Shown: piece after piece, positions 36,701 to 47,707 of the stretch | How the letters are laid out: each line of letters begins with the position of its first letter | How positions within the stretch are numbered: position 1 is the first letter of the stretch | From: Bilabrum cf. latius | Lineage: Eukaryota | DNA length: 64,000 nt | Assembly: GCA_965178125.1 (NCBI GenBank) | Contig: OZ237768.1 | Location: 310,001 to 374,000, forward strand | Direction of reading: 5' to 3' | Translations under genes and position numbers: made by a program | The notes under the pieces: generated by a model | What the model was told of the DNA's origin: nothing | The model's input: only the letters and a program-made list of their open reading frames with translations | The model's database searches: none

Positions 36701-39700
36701 CGAAGGACGCAGACGAAGCGTGGTCCACTTTCGTTGCTTTGAATACGGAGCGTGAGTCCTCTGCAAGCCACGAGCGATCCCTGGACCACAGCTGGATCGG
36801 GTCGGCGTGGGAGCAGGTGGGCGAGCCAAGAGACGGCAGTCTTGTAGCTATCGAGCCCAGGCCAGATACCGGCAATGACTTGCGCACCCAGTTGCATCGC
36901 ATGAATGCGTCGTGCTCGCACCGGCATGGATGGCCCCTCCCGCTCTCCTCTCTTCGGTCTCGACTGCGCTCCCGCCTTGGTGTGCAGGCAGGGATTCACA
37001 CGGCGCATGACTGCGTGCTGAAGGCTGCAGGAGTTGCAGTGGCAGTGGGTCGCAATGAAAAGTCTGGATCAGCGGAATCTAGCGGGGGGCTGTCTTCTTC
37101 ACAGACCCCGCCGTCTGTCAGGTTGCGCATATCATTTCAGCGCGATGAGCTTCAGCAGCAGGGCAAGGACGGTATTGCATCTGCTCCCTTGCCAGCCTCT
37201 TTGTCGACCAGAACCATGGCACGATCGCTGCTGGGAAACCTGTACGCCGGGAGCACTAGAGCTGAGGCCACGCTCGTGGGGAACTACCTGCCCCTGGCCT
37301 CGCATGCTGGTGTCTCCGTTCGGTTGGAGCAGCAGTGCCCGTTCGGGTGGGGGTATCGCACCCTTAGTACAGAATACAGCGGTAGCGCAGATGCAGTTGC
37401 GTCGCATTTGTTCGCCACTGGGGACGATCCCTTCCACAGGTGTCTTTCTATTGAAGCTATCATTGCTCAATCGTTGCTGTGTGCGGGTGTGCTGGTCGCT
37501 GCTTTGAGCTGCTGCTTCGGAATGAGGGTTGCAGGATACACTGCTTTCGAGCTGGTGTCGGATCAGAGGACCCGATCGGCGGACGACGCAGGTGATGGTA
37601 GTGGCAGGGGTGCAGGGATGGCACTTCTGGTGCATTGGCTCGATGAGTCGGTGGCTCGTTCGACACTGTGCAGGCTGTGTCTGTCCGACCTGGGCCGTAT
37701 CGCGTGCAGCTCGATGCGCGATGTGATGGGCCCTGCCCTATCCGCTGTGCTGGTCGCATGCGATCTGGTGGTTGCGGCATTTGCTGTGTCAACGTCCATT
37801 GGACAAGCCGACTGCAGCATCGCTGGGTGGCTGGCCTGGAGCTGCGTGCTGCTGGAGGCTGTGCTTGGTGTGATGGTGGTGCTGTGCCGGGTGCTGCCAG
37901 CCGATGTCGGGACGTTCCCAAACCGAGACGAGCCTGCGAGCAACAACGGGTGGGATCGCATGGAGGACGGAGATGAATTCATTGCAGGCGGCACCGGGAT
38001 TGAGGATGACTCTGGGCACCAGCACCTTGATCCGATCACTACGAGCAGGATTGCGGCAAAGACTCCTCGGTTTGAGCTGTCATCGTCAGCCGTTGGCCCT
38101 GCTCGCGATTCGTCCCTTGTGCACGACCTGCATGCCGCTGTTGGGGGCTCGAGCGCAACTGAGTCCGCACAGGAGGAGAGCGTGCACTCGCAGGCCGTGC
38201 GGACTGGCCATGGCAGGTCGCGTGCTGCAGGGAGGATGCAAGCGCTGCGGCGGTACCACACGATGGGTATTCTGGTGGACATGTGTCCATTCGAGCCCAT
38301 GTGCTTGCCTGCATGGTGTCTCTGCTGCAGGGGCTGCTGTCGATCGAGGCACACCACAGCCCTGGATCTTGCAGAGAGCATGCTCGATTCCGATGGGGCG
38401 AGTCTGGCCACAAGGAGCCGGCACAGTAGTAGCAGCGTGGCTACTCAGTTTCGCAGGCCCGTGGATCTGTCCGACCCGTTAGACTGCTTAGCGGCGCAGG
38501 AGCTGGGCATGTCGATCTCGATCGGGCAGGCGGGTCCGTCCCGACTGCGGGTGGGCGAGGGTCAGGAGCTGCTGAGGACGAATGCGACGTGGGGCACCGT
38601 CGCGAGTCTGTTTGCGTGCGATCCGTCAGGATATCTCGCCATGCAGGGCGGCGTGTCGCGAGGGTGCTGGCGGTCGATCTGCTGTTTCGATTGCTGCAGC
38701 GTGTGCACGGGTAGCGATGGAGCAGCTTCAGAGGGCGAAGTGGGGTGGGAAGATGACGTGGACCGGTGGTAGCAGGGCGTGTGTGCGTGCCTGTCCGAAT
38801 CGTTGCAAGGCCAGTCCACCAGTGGTCATGCATACTCGCCGAGTCAGTCAATCAGCCGTAGTGGCGGTACGAGATCTAGACCCGACCAGCGTACCGGTAG
38901 TGTCGACGAGTCCACGGATGCGGCCAGCCATGCATCGAAAAGACAATCACCGGAATCGTTCGATCAATTACACGCAAGTAGAGCCGGCAGTGCGCCAACT
39001 AGAGAACCCAGTGCACTTCGAGGATCGACTAGCACCAAAAGGAGCCACCAATAGGATCGTGCAGCAGCAGATCGAGGCTCAACTCGATCTCGGTTTCAGC
39101 TGCGCACTAGATTGGCTGGTGTGTGTGTTATTAATCATCACAGCGAATCGCACGCCAACAGCAGGCTAGGTGCGCTTTAGATGACCGGCACGAGCGAGCC
39201 GGCAAGCTCTGATGTCGGAACTCTACGAAGCGCCCAAGATACCTCAAGTGCGTCCAGTGTCGACGGAAAGGAATTCGACGTGCTTTTTGAGCCGAGTGAG
39301 GTGTTGATGGGAGGTGTGATGGTCGTGAACTAGAAGCAGCAGACCGTGCAAGCTCAGCAGCAGGTGTCGCAGCGAGATGCGGACGGAAGCCAAGCTGAAG
39401 GACGAGCTTATAGGAGCGAATCGCTGCTATATGAAGCTAGCACGGATGACGCCATGCCGTCCAAGTTCGGGCTGTATTTGGAGTCTGAGTTATAGCGAGG
39501 AGGTGGCGCACATAATCTCGAGGATTGTGGATTGGGTTCTGATGGCAGCGAGTCCGATAGTCAGCACCATGTCGAGAATGCACGGCTTGCATTGTCCGAG
39601 GACAATTTTGCCGAGCCATTTGACTATCTCAAATCAGAGCACGGTGCGGGTGAAGTCTTGGATCTGGATGAAATGCCTATCAAGCCAGGCCATGCAGCTG

Positions 39701-40809
39701 CACGATAGCCGGTTCCTGTAGGCGCCCTCGACACCACTGGCAGCAGCACGGGCACCGCATCAGACCTCTTGGGCGATGCGATGGGCTCACGATTTCTGCA
39801 TTCTGGCCCAACCTCGCTCCCAAGGATGTGCGGTGCCACGATGTCTCACGTCGACAGCGGAACGGTTGGTGACGGCTGGGGCCCACCCGAGCCACCACGC
39901 GGCGCCGAGCGACCGCACCCGACCGCCAAGCTGCTGTCCAGTGAATGCTCCACTACCACTCGACCTTCCGTGGGCTTCGCGCACAACGACTCGCTTTCGA
40001 TCAACCGAGCAAATGATGCCAGGCCTGGCCGGGCTACCGGTGGTCCACGAATGCTGCCAAGGGCGCAATACTCTGACGAGTCTCGAGCGCAATGGCAGCC
40101 CCCAGACGATGGCACATCGGTTCCGACTGCGCCTCGGATCGGTAGCCAGCGGTCGTCTTTGCCGCCCCAGGGCGAGCCGAAAGTCGTGGCAGCTGCTCAG
40201 CGCCTAGAAATCAAGGCTCGTCACTTCGTTCCCGGGCCGTGCACATGCAGTGTGCCTCCTCCTGACGTGATCGACGGCAAGCTGTACAAGGGAACGCGCG
40301 CAGGCATGCGGACCAGGGGCATGCAGGACGATCACGCGAGCCCATGGTGCCTATGCTGCGACTCGCAAGGATCCTGCTCCAGGCCCCATGCTTGCGCGCT
40401 GTTCCGGTGCGTGCTGTCGTGCGGATGCCTGGAGGCCGACTTGGGCCCGTTGGTGCTGGCTCGGTTGCGCGGCGTGGGGCTGTCGAGGGCAGAGCGGGTG
40501 CTGGCGGTGGGCATGTACCGCCGGTCCGTGGTGGAGGCCAGGAGCCGCTTGCTGCGCGTGGCTGTGGCTTGCTTGCGTGCGGTGCTTGTGGTGGTGTTCT
40601 TGTTGGGGTCTATGATGGATGTGCCAGTGTGGGCGACGGGGCATGGATCTGGGTACGTAGCAGATCCAAGTGGCTATTCAGAGACTGTGTAGCAGCAGAG
40701 TAGGAGGTTGTACGCAGATCTGCACCGCGATCGTGTTGCGGTTTTGTGGCCTGTGGTTGCGTTGTATGGTTTGATGGGTGCGCTGCAAGCTACAGTGGCT
40801 TTGGTATGA
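33754..40809 (+). CDS. Large Cys-rich multi-pass membrane protein with signal peptide, right copy (~2290 aa); exons 33754-33804, 33899-33995, 34085-40809
   Basis: MYGYTIFVASLIWRSTC|GTGAG start; two frame-preserving GT..GCAG introns. About 11 in-frame TAGs (e.g. 34450, 34753, 35791, 38770, 39052, 40690), no internal TAA/TGA; TGA at 40807. Confidence 0.78.
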
Positions 40810-40855
40810 TCTGATGATATCTTGTGAAACGTGTGCTGTTGTTCTGATCCGCACC

Positions 40856-42110
40856 ATGTCCAATGCAATGGGTCATCCGGATGCAGGCATTCCTCCTTAC
40901 CGGGTAAAACACCTGGGCATCGGGCAAGTGTGGTTCTTCTCCTTCTCGAGGTCATGCTGCCCCTCTGTCGCCAGCTTGGTCCGTAGCTGGGCGATGGGGC
41001 GCGCTTTGACGTACGGTACGTACCCACAGCCTGGCGCAAACCTCCTGTTGGAAGACGGCCTCAGTGATGCCTCTGTGGTATTGCCTGATGCTGCAGCCCT
41101 GAAGGCTCTGATGGTTGCCGCCCATGATAACGCGCTCCGGCCCTGCCTGTTTCAGCTTCAGATGCACCCAGTCTTACAGGTTCTTGCACTCCATATGCCA
41201 TGCTGGTGGTTCTAGTACCGCCGTCTTTGCTCGCGCGAGACGGTCCGTCCACCGGGGTGGACGGCCCCCGTTCTGCGGGCTGGGGGAAAGTAGGATCTCC
41301 GGGCATCTCGGGTGATTTGCCGGGCAGGGGCATGCTCTTATTTGCAAACTTGGGTCCTGTCTGCAGGTCCCGAGCATCTGCTCGGAACTTCTGTGAGTTC
41401 CATACTGTCTGCATGAAACTGGGAAACAAATTGGTGTCGAGAGGCTGGAATGGCTATGCGTTCCACTCTTTGGCCCCTCAGTGCTTGGCTGTGTGCAATG
41501 ACCCGCGGTCCACTGTAGATGACCGCAGCGGCGAGAATGCCTCGTCATCACGGGACACGGGTGCGACACCCAGGGCGACCTGGTCATCGTGGACAGCGCC
41601 TCCGGGCAGTACATCTGGCGGGTGCCTGCCTCGCTGATGGATCCGGGTGCAGACACCCTTCGTCTGCAAGGGGACGGGAATGTCGTCCTGCACTAGAGCA
41701 GGGAGGTGCGATCGCGTGGTCTGCGGGGTCGGCGGACCTGGACAGTCCTGACGACGACGAGACCTTCGGCAATGGTCTCAAGACGGCGGCGCTGCAGGCA
41801 GCCATCGAGGGGACGGCTCCTCGCTGCGACCCCCAGGCACATGCTAAGCGACCTGCTGCTGCCAATCGTTGGCCATATCTGTATGACTCTGAGAAGTTGG
41901 GTATGGGGTAGACGCTGAAGTGGTACAACTATCGTTCCTCTTACAAGCTGACGCTACATATATATAGATCTGGGCACTGGAGTTCTGTTGAAAGCCCGCC
42001 CACCCGTGAGCTCATGGAGGGTCTACGACAGGACAGACTGGCTGCGGTGCAGGATGTTACCTGCTGATCCGGCCAACTGGTCCCTGCTTGACGTGTTCTA
42101 TGTGTGATTG
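40856..42110 (+). pseudogene. Decayed, frameshifted paralogue fragment of the large membrane-protein family
   Basis: 41471-41543 matches 35933-36005 at 70/73 nt (LAPQCLAVCNDPRS..DDRSG). LKWYNY ~ LQWYTN and DRTDWLRCRMLPA ~ DRYSELIYVRMLPA occur in the same order, interrupted by frame changes and TGA stops. Confidence 0.55.
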
Positions 42111-43026
42111 ATATCAAACCTGCCGGCAGGGAGCTCACGTTCCCTGACGACGACCGGGACGTGATGGTGTGGGGTGTTGAGGCGGGCAGCCCTTGGGTGA
42201 GGCTGGTGCGGGCCAGCTCACCCCGTCCCCATCGCCGTCTTTCTCAGCAAATACCAACCGGCAGGTTGGACAGAGATTAATTATGCCTTCGTATTATTAC
42301 AAATCGGGACCCGGGACCCCTGCATCAGCAGGCTACGCACTCGAGCATCTGGGTAGCGGATGGCGGCTCTCAGTTGGGACACCTAGATGACGGGTTCGAG
42401 AATGCATTCGATTATCTGCGCGGGTACCAGAAGGAGTGAGAGGGGGTTGCTTTTGTACGGCGGTCGTGAAAGTACGGGTGGCGCTTGCTAGATAGTCTAT
42501 GCCAGTCCGGCATCACGGCAGATGTGCCCGTCGTCACATTGGCTCCCGCACACACGACACAGTGGGCACAACTTGATGCCACTGGTCTGCAGTGGTTGGG
42601 TACATGGGTCCTCTGATTCCCGGAGACGGTGTCCAGAAATGGCTGTCCGGGGGTGTTGCTATCCGGGGGTGTCTGGGGGTTGTTCGAGGGTGCCGCCTTG
42701 GTCAGGTCTGCCAGCTTGGCGGTCCAGCCGGGAATTATTTCGTGCAGTATATCTTAAATGAGATTCTTCGAGAGCCTCTATGAATGCCACACAGGGCTAG
42801 TTTTGGGCGAGGGTCCGAGGGATGATGACGATTGAAGGTTGCGCAGGCCCCGACTATCAAACGTTGTCGGCGGCTGGCGCACCTTCCACGGCAAGCGCAG
42901 TGGCGAGTGTGCCCACCGATGAGAAGACCAGAAGAGAGAAAAAAAATTCTCTTCCAGTCTCCTCCAATGTGAACTAGTAGTTCCATCTGTAGGCGGGATT
43001 GGCAGCCAATGGCCGAATGGCAGGGA

Positions 43027-43048
43027 GGTTTTAATCTTCTTCTTGAAA
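43027..43048 (+). promoter_or_regulatory. Second copy of the 22-bp upstream element
   Basis: Identical to 12127-12148; followed by GGTTGCAACC; about 160 bp upstream of ATG 43210. Confidence 0.4.
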
Positions 43049-43209
43049 TTCAACACAGCGAGGTTGCAACCGCAATTCGGAGCCTGGTTCCTGCAACAAT
43101 CTCCACCCTTACGATTCTCACTATTCTGGCGGCTTATCGCTACGGATTGGATCTCAACTTTCGTTTAATCTCTTGAATTATTTTAAAGGAAGCCACCGCT
43201 TTTCGAACG

Positions 43210-46200
43210 ATGTCTGCCATCACTGCCTTGGACGTAACGTTTGGAGAATCATTCAAGTCGGGAGCTTTCACACGAAAGCAGGACCGCTCTGTGAATGGGG
43301 CAGGTGGTAGTGGCGCTTCCTGGCTTTGGCTCGGTAAACACACTTTAGACGCCGAAATCGTTGAAATGCGCTTACTATCAGGTGACGAAGCTTGCCCGAC
43401 GGGCTGGGAGAAGGTGCGGAGAGAAGTGTCACACAAAACTGGCGAAGGTGCGAACGTGTTCATCGCTTTCAGACGAAAATCAATTGGCGAAGTTGCACAA
43501 CCAATTGTCGATGTTGCTGTCCTTCATGTTGGTGAAGATTCTGTGCCCTGTGAGACTATTGGTTTCGTGAACGGAATGTTCGATTTCCTCACCGATTCGT
43601 GGATATTTACGTATTGCCAGGATCGCATTCAAATGAGCACTTGTGCGGAAAATGTCTTCCGTTTGTCCTCTGCCTTTTCCATTTCTCACACTCAGATGGC
43701 TACACTGTCCTAGAGCACCACACCAGCCCGGTAGGATCCCCCGTGACGGTTCGGCTCGCAGTTCGCCATCGCAAGGCGGGCGACTGGTCCTACTAGTCTC
43801 CGGGAGATATGCTATAGGTGGGAGACCGCTGCGACGTGCGCTATGAAGGGGCGTGGTTCAAGGGGCACGTGACCATGTTGACCGGTATTCATGTGTTTGT
43901 CAAGAGGTGCGGATACGAAATGGACGGAGAGATCAAGCTCCTAAAGCAATCAGATGGACTGGCCGCTTTCGGCACCCACACGGAGTGCGGTACCTCCGAG
44001 AGTCGTAGGATGAACCCCGCCTTGGTTGGTCCAGGCGAGACATTCGAGATCAATGCTGAGACACTAGTCGCGATGCAAACTGAAATCGACGCGATCATCC
44101 GCGGTACAATGACCCTTGAAGCTGCTTACGATGTCGTCGAGCAGCACCTTGCTCCGTGTCTAGAACAGGCGCTCTCGGCCGACATAGCAGATGCGGAAGA
44201 TGAGAGCATCTACACGTTCACGCAGTCCGTCTTGCGTTTGTGCGTGTACTTCATGTGCAGGCCGGAGCCTCTGCATCCCGCCGTCCGGCAACAGCTGGTG
44301 CGTGTATTTCTTGGTGATCAAAAGTGCTCGCTGTACTTTCGCCGCAGGAGGAACGGGATCTTTGGGACGGCCCCGGGGGCGGACCGCTTCATCGGTGAGA
44401 CGGCTAGGTTTCCCGCAAGTGGAGCCTGCAAATACTTCGTGGGAAACGTGAACTACTTCGCCAAGATCGGGGGATACGAGGTGCTGGCTCGCCGGCTCGA
44501 CAGCTGCGGTAGCTTCCAGGTACCGATCAAGGAGCTCAAGGAGATTGTGCAGCACGTGATCAAGACGCCATTCCGCATGTTTACGGAGAGGTTTGCCAGG
44601 GACATGTTTCCGAGGCTGTACATCGCCGTGCTGAACCGGTTGCTGAGGATGAGCAGCAACGAGCTCCAGGTCTATCCAAGGGACGTGACAAGCAAAGAGG
44701 TGCAACAAATCATGACTAACGTATACGAGGCCATTTAGCTCCCGCCTGCCCGCGTACCCGGCAATCCTGGTTTCCACGGGTACGGGGAGGTGCTGCCCAT
44801 CCCATATGACGAGATGATGGAGACGTGGGACGCGAGGATGTCTCTGCGGCAGCTGCGGGCAGAGCCAAGATCGATCCGGATCTAGGGGATGATGTACCTC
44901 GTTGATATGGTGCAACAGACCAGGCGCAGGGAGGGGCGACTCGTCAATTTCGTGCTCGTGGACAACTAGCCTGTGAGGCTTCCCGAGTCGAAATACTGGA
45001 CGGGTTCCACCCTCGCCCAATGGATCAAAGAGGCCGGCGTGGTCTAGGCGCTGCTCGGTGCTGCAGAGGACGGTGACCTCTCGGGTGTGGTCAGGCGCAG
45101 GGCCACTCCCGATGCGGACGAACCTGATCGTCCGCTGCGAGCATGCGTCACTTTGGTAGACCCCAAGGCAGCCAAGTTCATGGCTGGGGAGGAAGAGGCC
45201 GCCCGGGCCGCCAGTGAGCACAGAACATTTGAAGAGGATGGGCCCGCATCGGGTGCTGGCGCAGGCTGGCCTGATGTGTCTGTGCACCAAGCAGTCTCGG
45301 GTCCGGCCACCGCACAGCCCCAGTGTTTTGCTGCTGGAGGAAGGCCTGGGCGCTTCAACTCAACGTATGCAGGTGTATTGGCTCATATGCCCGAAGTGCT
45401 TACGCTGCTAACAGAGGAGAAGCAGTTGGGCCCAGATCCCAATGCCGCAGACGATGCTCTCAGCAGAGCCTTTCAATCGGTCTGGCGCTCAGGAGAGGTC
45501 GGCCCAAAGGTGCCCTACGGGGGTCATGCACCGATGCAGGAAAAGCCCGATGCAGGGCAGCTGGCACCCGTGAATCACTTGGGCCGCTCAGCAACAGACC
45601 AAGGTAGCACCACAGCTGTAGTCGATGAGGCAGACACGGATGACGATGACGACCGTCGGCCCGCCCGGCTGGGCATCATGATATGCGGTGCATCCGAGTC
45701 CAGCAGCAGCGAATGGATCCTATGGTCGGACGGCACGACATTCCTGCACGACATCAGTGAAAAAGGACTGGTTACAGCGGTACCGCCGCGCCTTCGCCCG
45801 ATGCTGCAGTGGAGGAGGGCAGTGGAGGCCAAGAGGGACGCTGGGATGGTGTTCCAGGCGGCGAGTGAGGGCAGGCCACTGGAGCTGGGCAAGCGAGTGC
45901 GACTGGGTAAACTTGCTGGTGGGTTAACATCCATGGGAGCGATCGAGGTGCTGCCAGGGAGCAAAGTGGCCAGAGCGGTTGAGTTGATGACCGGTGGTCG
46001 AGCTGCTGATCAGGCCGCGCAGCTAACAACATTGCGTTGCACTCCGCTAGTCGCTGCGATGCTTCACGAGCATCATGAATGCGTCAAGGTGCTTGCAAAG
46101 GTGCTCCGAAGCTCGTGGGTATCAGAGCAACAGCTCGCAGCCAGGGCAGGCCCGAGCTCCGGAGGGCCCCCGATCGCGTCTGCAGCGGGCGAGGCAGCTG

Positions 46201-46442
46201 GCCCGCCGGCTGGCGGCTCAGCAGAGGATCCCACTGCTGGTGCTGGCCTTGGCCGGGGCCGAGTTGCCGCTGCCAGCGGTGCCGGCTGGATCGCGGAGCA
46301 TTCAGAGCTTATCAAGATCATCGGGCACCCTGAGACGCGGGTTGAGGTCAGCATTTTGGATCTTGTGAGGCTCTTGAGCGAGGCAGGGATGGACAGCGTG
46401 ACGCTCCAGGGAGCACTTGACGGTAACAAGCGGGATGATTGA
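43210..46442 (+). CDS. MABP-like + Tudor/Agenet-like + USP9X/24/34-N-terminal-like helical region + ankyrin-like motif; exons 43210-43549, 43696-46442
   Basis: ITALDV..CPTGWEKV..VFIAFRR..PIVDVAVL..P(Y)GYTVLE fits an MABP pattern. L[TAG]VGDRCDVRYEGAWFKGHV; YFVGNVNYFAKIGGYEVLARRL; RI[TAG]GMMYL; WIKEAGVV[TAG]ALLG; TPLVAAMLHEHHECVKVL. Six TAGs; TGA at 46440. Domain names are by recall. Confidence 0.7.
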
Positions 46443-47707
46443 TAGGCGATGTGGATACTGGCCCGATAGAACATGTCTAAGGCAGCATTGCGGCAGCCTC
46501 AGAATCAGTATTCGAACTTATTGCTCGGGCTCATGTGCACGGGGACGGGATTCGACGCGTGCGGTCCGTTCGCTTCCAGGTGCGTCACCTGGTCCTCGAT
46601 GAGAGCGAGCAGGGGTGACACCACGACCGAGCACCCGGCCCGCACGTTCGCCACGCGAGTCTAGTTTGGGAACGTCCCGACGTCGGGCCAGGTGCTTTGC
46701 GAACTGCGGGCACGATCGAAGAGCAAACACGGCTGGACGACTCGCATGGCACATCAGTCTACTGGGCATTTTTGTCCATATCTACTACTAGTAGTAACTT
46801 GCGGGGCTGAGCGCTGCATCTGCATGGTGTGGAATTGTAGTTCGTCTACTTTGCAGTATGCAACCAAGAGGACCATACCGCTGTAAACTGGATGCTCTGT
46901 CCATTTGTATAAAAGGCGGTAACCTGAAGTGCAAGTTACAACACCCAAGAGCAAGAAGGCAGAAAAAAGAGTGACGGCAAGGTGACGACCAACACGAGAA
47001 TTATTCATGGTACAATGTCCATAAACGCTAGCAGTACGATGATATAGAATTAAATTTTATATGTACACGTAGGACCACAGCCGGCATGTACTCGCCATTG
47101 TCAGTCTAGACCACAAAGCAAGAATCGCATCGAAACTATGTAACGTGCACCTATTGTACAAACTGCAAAAAATCGGTCCATCGATCCGTTTCGCTGTCAA
47201 ACAGTCGTATCTGCCAGTATCTTCGTGCACTGACAGAGTCCCAACGTCTTATCTGGGTGCTACAGGTCAGCAAGCTTCCTATAGTCTTGGTAGATACTGT
47301 TGTGTCGCAGGCAGATTCCATCCTGATCGTCGGGCCATTGCAGTTCAGCTGTGGCGAATACATTAGCCTATATTTGTGATTATACCATCCAAAAATGGCA
47401 GGTGGTGAGATATTACTGATGATTTCGACTTGGTCCAGGGAGCCTTTTCCAAGGAGCTTCCCGTGCGTATTTCGGAATTTGGCCTGTATCATTATCAAGA
47501 CATATGGCTTTCAAGCCCGTGCAAGCTGCACGTTTGCCCCCTTCATGGATAAAACACTCATTCAGAGTTATACCTTTCCAGCCTTCTCTTGGATGCGACA
47601 TGCGAGCATGACTGGCTGCAGTGCCGGTTGTCGGTCACGTCCCAGTCCATTCCTCGTTCGGATCGGCCGCCAAGATCGAGCCGGCGCACCGTTTGGTCCA
47701 GTCAAGC

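Larger units (their letters stand above)
26393..40819. repeat. Large inverted duplication: arms 26393-33413 and 33776-40819, spacer 33414-33775
   Basis: Minus-strand ORFs at 26520-33176 are near-identical to plus-strand ORFs at 34012-40692. Outer ends TATCATCAGATCATACCA / TGGTATGATCTGATGATA are reverse complements. Confidence 0.95.

Noticed and set aside
26393-40819. Inverted arms as terminal inverted repeats of a DNA transposon or Polinton/virophage
   Set aside because: The arms are whole intron-containing genes around a 362-bp spacer, with no transposase, integrase, polymerase or capsid ORF.
46473-47500. Small ORFs between the MABP-like gene and PP2A-A (e.g. 46473-46886 with TAG=Q)
   Set aside because: No recognisable motifs and more AT-rich; cannot be supported without RNA data.
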